DNA from: Candidatus Odinarchaeota archaeon
GTDB taxonomy: Archaea > Asgardarchaeota > Lokiarchaeia > Sigyniarchaeales > SOKP01
Reading direction: 5' to 3'
Length of the DNA stretch: 64,000 nt
Assembly (NCBI GenBank): GCA_048885325.1
Contig: JBHLPZ010000001.1
Location: 2,532-66,531 of the forward strand
Position 1 is the first letter of the stretch. Each line of letters begins with the position of its first letter. Shown in pieces: positions 37,173 to 46,012 of the stretch. The notes under the pieces are model-generated. The model was not told where the DNA came from. It saw only the letters and a list, made by a program, of their open reading frames with translations, and ran no database searches. Position numbers and translations under genes: made by a program.

Positions 37173-38177
37173 CTAAGAGTTAAGAAATCGTAAAGAGACA
37201 CCTACTAAAACTAATTCATCTTTTTTATTAGCATGTCCACCTTTTCTTAATACTAACTTATTTCGTTCCGAAATATTTAATAAATTACTATTTTCCTCGA
37301 AATTCTTTAATTTTATTATTTTATCATTTCTACAATGAATTAATAACACTCTTTTTGATAATAATTTCCATTCTTCTTCTGGAAGGGTTTGTTTAATTTT
37401 TTTCATAACTATAAATGGAGATAGCTTTTCATTCTCTTCATCAGTAGGGAAAAGCTTAACACCTTTAAAAAAATACCTCATTAAAATGATGGGATTGAAT
37501 TTAGGTAAGTTCTGCTTATAATCTGATATTGATGATATAGCAATTAATTTTTCAATTTCACTATTAGGAAAACCCCCACATAAAATTGTTAATGCACCTA
37601 TACTGAAGCCTACTGAAAATATCTTCTTATTTTTTAGATTATCATTTTCTTTAATCCATTTGATTATGGTTTTATAATCTTCAATGCGCTTATAGAATTG
37701 GTTTCTTCTGCCTACTCTTCTTGATTCGCCAGTTCCTCGAGCATCATATACCAATATCGTAAAACCTTGCATTGCTAATGGTAAATAATAGAACTGGAGA
37801 GTTTCTTTTTTATCAGAAAAACCATGGCATACAATGATTACCGCATTTTTAGATTTAATATAATTCTCGTTTTTTGAATTTATTAAAAATGCTACTAATG
37901 CTCTGTTTTTTTTCTTTTTACCATTATCTACATTTATTTTTACCTTTTTTAAGCTTAAATCTTCTAAATGAAATTGAATCCATCTATCAAACCATAAATC
38001 TCGGAAACTAAAATAAATTTCAAAGGGAGTATAAATTATTAAAAAAGTTATAGTTGATAAAATAAAGCATGGCCAAAAGGGGTTACCAAATATATTTTGA
38101 TTTACGTTCCAAATGAGTGTACTAATAATAATACCAAAATAAACCACAAAAATTCTTTTTATATTTTTTGATTGCAA
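37173..38177 (-). CDS. Membrane-anchored alpha/beta hydrolase
   Basis: 334 aa with two N-terminal hydrophobic helices. The hydrolase core has VCHGFSD, the nucleophile elbow GFSIGA, CRNDKII and GGHAN. The start codon is TTG. Confidence 0.7.
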   Translation of the reverse strand: MQSKNIKRIFVVYFGIIISTLIWNVNQNIFGNPFWPCFILSTITFLIIYTPFEIYFSFRDLWFDRWIQFHLEDLSLKKVKINVDNGKKKKNRALVAFLINSKNENYIKSKNAVIIVCHGFSDKKETLQFYYLPLAMQGFTILVYDARGTGESRRVGRRNQFYKRIEDYKTIIKWIKENDNLKNKKIFSVGFSIGALTILCGGFPNSEIEKLIAISSISDYKQNLPKFNPIILMRYFFKGVKLFPTDEENEKLSPFIVMKKIKQTLPEEEWKLLSKRVLLIHCRNDKIIKLKNFEENSNLLNISERNKLVLRKGGHANKKDELVLVGVSLRFLNS

Positions 38178-38268
38178 AAATTATACCTCAACTAATAATA
38201 AATTCGTCTAAATAGGAAAAAAATAAAGATAAAAAATGAAAGATTTCTTGAAACAACTTCTTAACTAT

Positions 38269-38589
38269 TTATTTTTTTGCTTTATCAGGAGGACACCCAA
38301 AATCATCGCGTGTTTTACATATGCTTTTGCTTGAACTTCCTGGGCATGGTTCGCATTTAATTCTTCTTAACATTGCTTCTACTTCACTTACCTCATATCC
38401 AAACTCCTCATCTTCAGATTCATCAGCTAACATTTCATCATCGATTTGACTCAAATCATAATCTAAATCTTCTTCTAAATTGTCTTTTTCATCATATAAA
38501 TCAATGATTTCCTCACCTTCTTCATCTGTTTTCCCCTCAGGAATATCATCAAATTCAGGTTGTTCAACAACTTTCTTCTTTTTTGCCAT
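38269..38589 (-). CDS. Hypothetical highly acidic protein with a C-terminal Cys cluster
   Basis: MAKKKKVV is followed by a ~70-aa D/E-rich stretch and then CEPCPGSSSKSICKTRDDFGCPP. I prefer the ATG at 38589 over the GTG at 38598. Confidence 0.5.
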   Translation of the reverse strand: MAKKKKVVEQPEFDDIPEGKTDEEGEEIIDLYDEKDNLEEDLDYDLSQIDDEMLADESEDEEFGYEVSEVEAMLRRIKCEPCPGSSSKSICKTRDDFGCPPDKAKK

Positions 38590-38715
38590 TGATCTCACAA
38601 CTGATTTTTTTAAAGTTTTGATTTTTAATGAAATTACATATAAAAATTTGATACAATTGAATATAGATTTTTTTATTTTTCTTAATCTTTTAAATTTTAA
38701 ATCTGTAGAGAATTT

Positions 38716-40725
38716 TTAACTCAAAATTAATTTTTGAAATGACGAAATCTGTTCTAAAATTTTATTATTTGTACTCAGATTAAAATAAGTGTTAAGAATT
38801 GAATTAAAGATTGATTCAATCTCTTGCTTTCGATAAATCTCATATTTTGGGAGATCATAATCTCGAACAAAATATTTTAATTGAATTTTAGGTAGAAATT
38901 TTACATAATTGATCATGTTTTCCAATTCTTTAGAGCCTACTTCTTTTAGGTAAATGCCATTTATAAGAGAATTTGAAAATTTTTTATAAAAGTGAATCAT
39001 TTTCTCTAAGAATGAAATTTCAACTCCTCCAGATGATTCAAATTGTTCTATTTCTATGAAATCAGATTTAAATTGGAAAAGAAATTGGATAATCTTTCCT
39101 AAGCTAGATATTGAAGTAGGAAATATATCAGGTAAAGGTAATCTTTTAATAAAGCTTCCGTTAATTCTTAAGTAGCCACCTGCCATGTGTAATGAACTAA
39201 ATAGGTTTTTAAAAGCTAGATTTATCAAATCTGAATTCAAAATTAATAGTAAACTAATTAATCTATCGGTGTTATAGGAGGGAATCTGAATAAAATATAA
39301 TCCAGTAATATTAGTAAATATACCAGGATCATAAGTAAAAATGAGATTTTTTGCAATTTCTCTAAAAATTAGTTTTTCAAAACTCAATTTTCTCCAAATA
39401 GGCTCAAAATTTTTATTATGATTAAAATACGATATATTAAATTTATGTTTGGCAATCCTAATTGGTTTTTTAAAATTTATATGGAAATTTCCTACATTTC
39501 CAGTTCCAATTAATAATAAATCTTTATTTGAAACTTTTTTTTCAGATACATATTTAAAATTCTGAACCCATTTAATAAATCCATAAGGACGGTAAATTAT
39601 ATTAAGGTCTGGAATCACTTCTGACATTGGTTTATATTTTGTATACAATATTTTTATTAAATGCAAATTCTTCGAGATAGGAATTACTTTAGCAGGGAAT
39701 TGTTTGATCATTTCTTGAGGCATTTCATTTACTATAATTGATTTTGATTTTTTGAATAGATTCAAATCATGAGCTTCTTTTATTATTATTGTTGAGTTCT
39801 GGGGTACTCTTTTCTTCAAGGATATAATAATTGGATAAGCAGCTATCCTATGAAATACTGGTAAAGAAGAAATATCTATGATTTCTTTTATTTCCACCTC
39901 AGTAGTAAGGAGTTCTCTAAGTTTTTCTCCATAATCCGCTGATAAAAATTTATTTATCGTTAAAAATGAGAGTACACCTTTATTTTGTTTTAATAATTCA
40001 ATTGATTTTTCAATAAATAATATTGATAAATCGTACAATCGATAAGCAGAATAAAATTTTTTTGTAAGTTTTTGTTTATATTCCTTGTTATAAATTTTCT
40101 TATTTTCTATATATGGAGGATTACCAATAATAATATCAAAATTATTTAAATTAAATTCTAAAAGAAAATCCTTAACAAATAAATTAAATTTAATATCAAG
40201 CTTTTTTGAAATTTGATTAATCTTGTCAATTTCTAAGTTTGATTTATCATACTCCGATAAATCAGATAATAACCATTTAACTAATCTTAATTTTGAGATT
40301 TTTATTGCTGAATAATCGATATCAATTCCAAATAGGTTTTTTTCAATTATTTTTTTTTTTAGATCATAATCAGGTAAATTTAAACCTAGATTTTTATAAA
40401 GTTGGAACAATTTTTTAGCTATTGAGATTAAAAATCTTCCAGAGCCACAGGCAGGGTCTAAAATTTTTAAATTTGGGACAACATTAAACAATATTTTTTC
40501 TGAACTATGATTTTTAGAAAAATTCTTATTATTCTCTTTAAAATCAAAATAATTTTTAAAATATAATTTAAAACTTTCTGAAACTATAAAATTTGCTATA
40601 TTTTGAGGTGTATAAATAATTCCTAAATCTTTTTTTAATTTATTTTGTTCTTTTTTATCACTTTCAAATTCAGTAATATTTTCCTCAATCGAAACCAAGA
40701 TCTTTTTTAATTCTTGTTTTATCAT
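38716..40725 (-). CDS. N6-adenine DNA methyltransferase (gamma-class, TaqI/Eco57I-like) with a C-terminal target-recognition region
   Basis: 669 aa. Motif X is GIIYTPQNIANFIV, motif I is ILDPACGSGRFLI, next comes NLFGIDIDYSAIKISKLRL, and motif IV is FDIIIGNPPYI. A long C-terminal region follows. No nuclease motif or partner is seen. Confidence 0.8.
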   Translation of the reverse strand: MIKQELKKILVSIEENITEFESDKKEQNKLKKDLGIIYTPQNIANFIVSESFKLYFKNYFDFKENNKNFSKNHSSEKILFNVVPNLKILDPACGSGRFLISIAKKLFQLYKNLGLNLPDYDLKKKIIEKNLFGIDIDYSAIKISKLRLVKWLLSDLSEYDKSNLEIDKINQISKKLDIKFNLFVKDFLLEFNLNNFDIIIGNPPYIENKKIYNKEYKQKLTKKFYSAYRLYDLSILFIEKSIELLKQNKGVLSFLTINKFLSADYGEKLRELLTTEVEIKEIIDISSLPVFHRIAAYPIIISLKKRVPQNSTIIIKEAHDLNLFKKSKSIIVNEMPQEMIKQFPAKVIPISKNLHLIKILYTKYKPMSEVIPDLNIIYRPYGFIKWVQNFKYVSEKKVSNKDLLLIGTGNVGNFHINFKKPIRIAKHKFNISYFNHNKNFEPIWRKLSFEKLIFREIAKNLIFTYDPGIFTNITGLYFIQIPSYNTDRLISLLLILNSDLINLAFKNLFSSLHMAGGYLRINGSFIKRLPLPDIFPTSISSLGKIIQFLFQFKSDFIEIEQFESSGGVEISFLEKMIHFYKKFSNSLINGIYLKEVGSKELENMINYVKFLPKIQLKYFVRDYDLPKYEIYRKQEIESIFNSILNTYFNLSTNNKILEQISSFQKLILS

Positions 40726-40886
40726 GTTTATTTAATTAATCAGTTTAGTATTTCTAATACTTCTAACAGTTATTTTAAATTACTTATTCTTCTAGTTTAT
40801 ATCTATAACATTTTTATTTTAGAATAAAAAATTAGAACATTTATATAAGAAAAATACGCTAGTATTATTTTTTCAAGCGAATAATA

Positions 40887-41789
40887 ATGATTGGGAAATC
40901 TTATCTAAAAAATTTGATAAAAAAACCAAATATAATATCAGATTTGAAATATGAAGAACTCTCAAATATATTTCAAGATGCAAAAAGCTATTTTGAAGAG
41001 GAAAATTTATTATTAGAATTTAGGTTGGATGGTAACGAGGAAGAGGTTTATATTATTGGAGATATTCATGGAAATTTACAAAGTCTAGTAAAACTAATTG
41101 AAATTATAGAAAAAAAAAATCCTAAATTAGTGATTTTTTTGGGAGATATAGTGGATAGAGGTTCTAACCAGCTTGAATGTTTAATATTAGTATTAGCTTT
41201 AAAAATTATAGAACCTAATAGATACTTTCTTTTAAGAGGCAATCATGAAACCCTAGAAATGAATCAATATTATGGTTTTTTCCAGGATTTTATATCAAAA
41301 TTTAGAGATCAATCCAAATTTAATGAAATTTTATCTATCTACGATGTTTTGCCTATTTGTGCTTTGATTAATGATAAAATACTATGTTTACATGGGGGCA
41401 TTCCAGAAGATATTGATATTTTAAAAAAAATGAAGAATAAAAAACTTAAAGATTTTGATAAAACTACAATTAAATTAATTAATCCGGGCATCTATCAGAT
41501 TCTATGGAATGATCCAAAAGATGTGGAAATTTTAAATTTTTCTAATAGTTTTAGAGGTCCAGGTATAAAGTTTTTTGGGCAAAAAGCTTTTGATGTTTTT
41601 ATGGAAAAAAATAATTTACAATTCTTAATAAGGGCTCATGAATGCTTTCCTGAAGGTTATAGATGGTTTTTTAATAAAAGATTATTATCAATTTTTTCTT
41701 CTGCTAATTACAGGGGATTTTTTTCACCTAATCCTGCGTCATATGCTATAATAAGGGATAATAATCTAATTCCAAAATTAATTCAATGA
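40887..41789 (+). CDS. PPP-family Ser/Thr protein phosphatase (PP1/PP2A-like metallophosphatase)
   Basis: 300 aa with GDIHGN, GDIVDRG, LRGNHE, LHGG and IRAHE. Confidence 0.85.
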   Translation: MIGKSYLKNLIKKPNIISDLKYEELSNIFQDAKSYFEEENLLLEFRLDGNEEEVYIIGDIHGNLQSLVKLIEIIEKKNPKLVIFLGDIVDRGSNQLECLILVLALKIIEPNRYFLLRGNHETLEMNQYYGFFQDFISKFRDQSKFNEILSIYDVLPICALINDKILCLHGGIPEDIDILKKMKNKKLKDFDKTTIKLINPGIYQILWNDPKDVEILNFSNSFRGPGIKFFGQKAFDVFMEKNNLQFLIRAHECFPEGYRWFFNKRLLSIFSSANYRGFFSPNPASYAIIRDNNLIPKLIQ

Positions 41790-42230
41790 TTAAAGAATTA
41801 ATTCGGGAAATTTTTCTATAATCTCAGAGTCATTTTTTATTTCTTCCTTCCATCTATCCTTATCATCCAGACTAACAGATAATTTGTTTTTTGTAATTAG
41901 TTGATCTGTAGGTAAATATATATAAGCTTGAATTTTTTCATTATTTTTCCGATAAACTTCAATAACTTCTCGTTTAAAATAATTTTCTGAAACTCCTTCA
42001 ATAAAATCTAAGTCCTTCAATTCTTCTTTTTTGACATCAAATTTCAATGCAAAGAATGAAGATCCTTCTGATGGTAAAATAAAAGGATACCAATACCCCT
42101 CAGGATAAATCCGAATATAATCCTTAACTAAACAAATTTCAACGTTCTTTTTAGTTCTCCAAATTCCGCGGGAAATGAATGTCCCGTATCCAATTACAGA
42201 AACAAGATTACTGGAAGGATTAAATGTCAA
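41790..42230 (-). CDS. Gamma-glutamylcyclotransferase/AIG2-like fold protein
   Basis: 146 aa with VIGYGTFISRG...YPFILPSEGSSFFALKFDVKKEELKDLDFIEGVSENYFKREVIEV, which follows the GGCT-like pattern. The start codon is TTG. Confidence 0.5.
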   Translation of the reverse strand: MTFNPSSNLVSVIGYGTFISRGIWRTKKNVEICLVKDYIRIYPEGYWYPFILPSEGSSFFALKFDVKKEELKDLDFIEGVSENYFKREVIEVYRKNNEKIQAYIYLPTDQLITKNKLSVSLDDKDRWKEEIKNDSEIIEKFPELIL

Positions 42231-42242
42231 CTTCTCTTTTTT

Positions 42243-42509
42243 TTACATAATTTGAGACGCATCTGGCTTTATAAAGAGAAGATTATTACCTCGTATAAAA
42301 ATCTCATTATATTTAGCTACGGGAGTTCCCTCTAAAAGTTCTGTGGCATCATATAGAATTAAATTCATGTACGCATCAATTTCTTTTAGTAATCCTCTAT
42401 ATTCTGTTCCATCTTTTAATCTTAATAAAATTTGGCTATTCTGTGATGCCATAAGAATGGATAGTGGATTTTTAGATTTAGAACTAGAATTATTATTCTT
42501 ACTTGACAT
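42243..42509 (-). CDS. Sm-like archaeal protein (SmAP/LSm) with a Ser/Asn-rich N-terminal extension
   Basis: 88 aa. Sm1 is LLRLKDGTEYRGLLKEIDAYMNLILYDA and Sm2 is IFIRGNNLLFI. Confidence 0.85.
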   Translation of the reverse strand: MSSKNNNSSSKSKNPLSILMASQNSQILLRLKDGTEYRGLLKEIDAYMNLILYDATELLEGTPVAKYNEIFIRGNNLLFIKPDASQIM

Positions 42510-42641
42510 ATTTCTACCTGTGTTTAAAAAAATATTTACTATATTTATAGAAAAGTTAATTTAAAGAAAAACTTTTTTGAATTAAAACCTTTTTATCGGG
42601 TATTAACCCCTTAAATAATTATTATACTTTGGTAATCCTAA

Positions 42642-43244
42642 TTGCGAAATTTTAAAGGGAATTATGACAAGAAAAAGGAAATATTGAGTAAATATAACTC
42701 TACTTCAATTTTTTATGATAAAAGATATAGAAAAATTCAAGAAGAGAAATATAAGCTAATACTCAGCGATTTTCTACAAGAAAAAAATAAAATAATCTTA
42801 GACGCTGGCTGTGGTTCTGGCCTTCTTTTTGAATTCATTGTAAAAAAATTTGAGATTAATCAAATAAAATATTTAAAGTATATCGGTATTGAGATTTCTT
42901 TAAATATGTTAAAGTTATTTGCCGAAAAATGCAAAAATCTGAATAATAATCTTAATGTAAATTTAATATTAAGTGATATTGACCATTTACCTTTTAGAGA
43001 TAATAGAATTAATATAATTTATTCAATTACATCATTGCAAAATCTGCCTAATATTTATACAGGTATAATAGAAATTTTAAGGGTGAGTGGACATATGGCT
43101 AATTTAAAATTTTCTATATTAAAGAAAAGACTAGATTTAGATTCACTAATTTCATTCTTAAATTCAAAATTAATCAATCTTAAAATAAAAAATATTGAAT
43201 CTATTGAAGATATAATAATTCAAGGAAAATTGATGAAGAATTAA
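42642..43244 (+). CDS. Class I SAM-dependent methyltransferase (Methyltransf_11-like; Bud23-like N-terminal pattern)
   Basis: 200 aa with YDKRYRKIQEEKYKLIL...ILDAGCGSGLLFE and LPFRDNRINIIYSITSLQ. The start codon is TTG. Confidence 0.7.
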   Translation: MRNFKGNYDKKKEILSKYNSTSIFYDKRYRKIQEEKYKLILSDFLQEKNKIILDAGCGSGLLFEFIVKKFEINQIKYLKYIGIEISLNMLKLFAEKCKNLNNNLNVNLILSDIDHLPFRDNRINIIYSITSLQNLPNIYTGIIEILRVSGHMANLKFSILKKRLDLDSLISFLNSKLINLKIKNIESIEDIIIQGKLMKN

Positions 43245-43254
43245 GAGAATTTGG

Positions 43255-44136
43255 CTAATTTTTATAAAATTCAGCAATAATTTCATGGGAATTACTTATA
43301 ACATTAAATTTTTTTCTAAAATAATTACAAACATTTTCAATATCTCTTTCTAATAAAGACTGAGCATTTGGATGTTCTTTTGGAACCCACTGTAACCAAT
43401 CTATTATAAGGATATTTCCTTTTTCATCTAAAATAATATTAAATTCCCCCAAATCACCATGAATCATATTTGCTTTTTTATATATTGCTTTTATCTGCTT
43501 TATTATCTTATTAAAAATTTTATCTGGATTTTTGATGCTCTGAAAATAAACAAGTTCTTTACCTCTCAAATATGACATAACAATAACGTGTCTATTAAAT
43601 GCAATTGGTTTGGGAGTATTTAGTTTTAGTAAATAAATTTTGCTTAATGCACGAAATTCCTTTTTTGCTGCCAGCCTGTTCACATATAACCATGAAAGAT
43701 GTGATCTGTTTCCTATAAAACTTCGATACTTTTTAATATTTTTAAAGCTTGTTCTGCCTATTCGATATACTTTAAGTGCATATATATTCTCATTATCATC
43801 CATACAACTATAAACATCCGACTCTTTTCCTTTTCCAATTAGAGGACCTAATTGACTGATGATGTTTCTTTCAACTAACGCATGTAAAGCTAATACATCA
43901 TATCCATAGGAATTTAATGTATAGGAGATTTCATATTCCGAGGAGTCCCTTATAATCAAATCATTTTTATGCACTTTTTTAAGTCGAAATAGTGTTTCTT
44001 CAATTGGATATCTAGCATAAAATCTTATATCACTAATTTTAACATACTCAGATCTTTTCATTCCGAGTTCAATTGCCATTAATATCCTCAAATCTTCTTT
44101 TTCAAGATTAGGAAGAAGTTTGGCAGCTTCAGCCAT
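43255..44136 (-). CDS. rio2: RIO-type Ser/Thr kinase Rio2 (N-terminal winged helix plus RIO domain)
   Basis: 293 aa with an N-terminal wHTH (LEKEDLRILMAIELGMKRSEYV). Kinase-domain motifs are IGKGKESDVY, ALKVYR, HGDLGEFNIIL and IIDWLQWV. Confidence 0.85.
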   Translation of the reverse strand: MAEAAKLLPNLEKEDLRILMAIELGMKRSEYVKISDIRFYARYPIEETLFRLKKVHKNDLIIRDSSEYEISYTLNSYGYDVLALHALVERNIISQLGPLIGKGKESDVYSCMDDNENIYALKVYRIGRTSFKNIKKYRSFIGNRSHLSWLYVNRLAAKKEFRALSKIYLLKLNTPKPIAFNRHVIVMSYLRGKELVYFQSIKNPDKIFNKIIKQIKAIYKKANMIHGDLGEFNIILDEKGNILIIDWLQWVPKEHPNAQSLLERDIENVCNYFRKKFNVISNSHEIIAEFYKN

Positions 44137-44207
44137 ATTATTAAATTTGAATTTTTTTATTTATACTATTTATTTAATTAAATGATTATAAATAAAGTAA
44201 TATAGAA

Positions 44208-44993
44208 TTAAAAAATATATTTTCTGTAAGTTCTTATGAATGATATTAATTTGAGCAAATTAGGTAATTCAAATATAACAATTGCAGAAAAAATAATTAT
44301 ATAAAACACAGTGATATCTTGTATTTTAATTATATATAAAGTAGAAGTTGATCCCTCCTGAAATAAAAAGAGATAAATTCCTTGTTGGAGATATAGTAAG
44401 ATTCCACTACAAATTATCAAACCCATTAAAGAAAAAATAATAACTTGAACTTCCATTTCATATAATCCAATTATTATGTTAAAGATAAACATTATTAAAG
44501 AAATAATTAACAGAACTTTTGGATAAAACAACCAACTTTGATATATTACAGCAGAAACAACATAGTTCCCATTTGAAATAGGCCAAAATACACAATTGAT
44601 TAGTAATAAAAAAGAAAAGATTGGAAAAGTAATTGATATTATTAAAAAGCCTAAATAAAGTCTAATCGTTGCGAATTTTGAAAATTTATATTTACCAATT
44701 TCTTTTTGCTTTTGAGCTGCGATTAACATTTTGTCGAGTTTTTCTTTAATAAAATCCGGGATATATTTAGCTAATACATTAATTTGAATTTTAAGTTGCT
44801 TTTCCTTTGAAATTAATTCATTTAATGAATGGTATCCTTTTTTATACCTCGCCTTAGTACTCTTAGGACCTCTCCATAGATAAAGGATTTGATTTTCTTC
44901 ATCAAGAAAGGCACATAAATCATGATAAAATAAATATTCATCTTCTTCAACCCAATTATTTTTGATTTCGTTGAAAATAAAACTTCTAAGCAT
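44208..44993 (-). CDS. Membrane protein: ~100-aa soluble N-terminal domain (possibly gelsolin-like) plus ~5 TM helices
   Basis: 261 aa. The N-terminus reads EDEYLFYHDLCAFLDEENQILYLWRGPKSTKARYKKGYHSLNELI. The C-terminal 150 aa are strongly hydrophobic. Confidence 0.5.
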   Translation of the reverse strand: MLRSFIFNEIKNNWVEEDEYLFYHDLCAFLDEENQILYLWRGPKSTKARYKKGYHSLNELISKEKQLKIQINVLAKYIPDFIKEKLDKMLIAAQKQKEIGKYKFSKFATIRLYLGFLIISITFPIFSFLLLINCVFWPISNGNYVVSAVIYQSWLFYPKVLLIISLIMFIFNIIIGLYEMEVQVIIFSLMGLIICSGILLYLQQGIYLFLFQEGSTSTLYIIKIQDITVFYIIIFSAIVIFELPNLLKLISFIRTYRKYIF

Positions 44994-45112
44994 AAAGGAT
45001 CAATTAATTTTAAAATTATGATATTTTTAATTTTTATCGATTTTTTTAAGTAAATGTCATATTTCTATAATTTACGTGAAAATAAAAGGGAAAAATAGAT
45101 ATGATAATTAAA

Positions 45113-46012
45113 TTAAACTTCTTCTAATCTCTGCTCAATTTCATTCCATAAATCATTGATATATCTTTTATAGTTTTCAATTTCTTCCTTCGAGATTTTC
45201 CTGAATCTTTTTTGTAAATTAAAATATTCTTCTATAGGTTTCCTTTTCGATGCATCTAAAAACTTTCTGCTATCTTTAGATAAGATAAATTTTCTTTCAA
45301 TTATTTCATATAATGGCCAAAAACCTGTTTGTACAGCTAATCTGCCTATCTCAATTGAGTCCTTAGGTTCGTATCCCCAACCTGGGGGACAAGGGGCTAA
45401 AATATGTATATACTTTGAACCACTTATCTCTTTAGCTCTCTGAAATTTTTCATACAGATCCAGCGGATAAGAAGAAATAGCGGTAGCTACGTATGGTATT
45501 CCGTGGGCCTCTAATATTTTTGCCATATTTTTCTTATAACCAGTTTTTCCTTCGGGTGTTGTAGTACTAAACGCTCCTGGAGGAGTACTCCCGCTTCTTT
45601 GAACACCCGTATTCATATAAGCCTCATTATCATAACAAGCAAAAATAAAATTTGTACCTCTTTCTACAGCTCCACTTAAACTCTGAATACCAATATCAAC
45701 AGTTCCACCATCTCCTGCAAATGCTACTACATTGATGTCTTCTGATAAACCTTTATCGTCTAAAGATGCAACTATACCTGATGCTGCAGCTCCTGTGGTA
45801 GCAAATGGAGTGTGATATACAGATACTTTAGTTGTACAAAAACCCTGCATCCCATGTAATACAGTTAAACATGAAGCAGGTACAGTTATTATGGTATTTG
45901 GTCCTAAAGCCTTAAGAGCGATCCTATATATTAAAGCCATTGAGCACCCAGCACATGCTCTGGTTCCTGGGTAAATAAACTCTTCTTCTGGAATGTCCAT
46001 TACTTTTACCAT
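45113..46012 (-). CDS. porB: 2-oxoacid (pyruvate):ferredoxin oxidoreductase beta subunit (TPP-binding)
   Basis: 299 aa with CAGCSMAL and AFAGDGGTVDIG (the TPP GDG motif). Its ATG overlaps the porA stop (TAATG at 46014-46010). Confidence 0.9.
   Translation of the reverse strand: MVKVMDIPEEEFIYPGTRACAGCSMALIYRIALKALGPNTIITVPASCLTVLHGMQGFCTTKVSVYHTPFATTGAAASGIVASLDDKGLSEDINVVAFAGDGGTVDIGIQSLSGAVERGTNFIFACYDNEAYMNTGVQRSGSTPPGAFSTTTPEGKTGYKKNMAKILEAHGIPYVATAISSYPLDLYEKFQRAKEISGSKYIHILAPCPPGWGYEPKDSIEIGRLAVQTGFWPLYEIIERKFILSKDSRKFLDASKRKPIEEYFNLQKRFRKISKEEIENYKRYINDLWNEIEQRLEEV

Noticed and set aside
40350-40360. An 11-nt homopolymer (A11 on the coding strand, encoding KKK) lies inside the DNA methyltransferase gene. 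It could be a slipped-strand phase-variation tract, as in bacterial phasevarions.
   Set aside because: Runs of similar length occur in unrelated genes in this window (A10 at 41110-41119 in the PPP phosphatase and A10 at 22027-22036 in the coiled-coil protein). The tract therefore fits the AT-rich, Lys-rich background. It would need population or read-level length heterogeneity to be revived.
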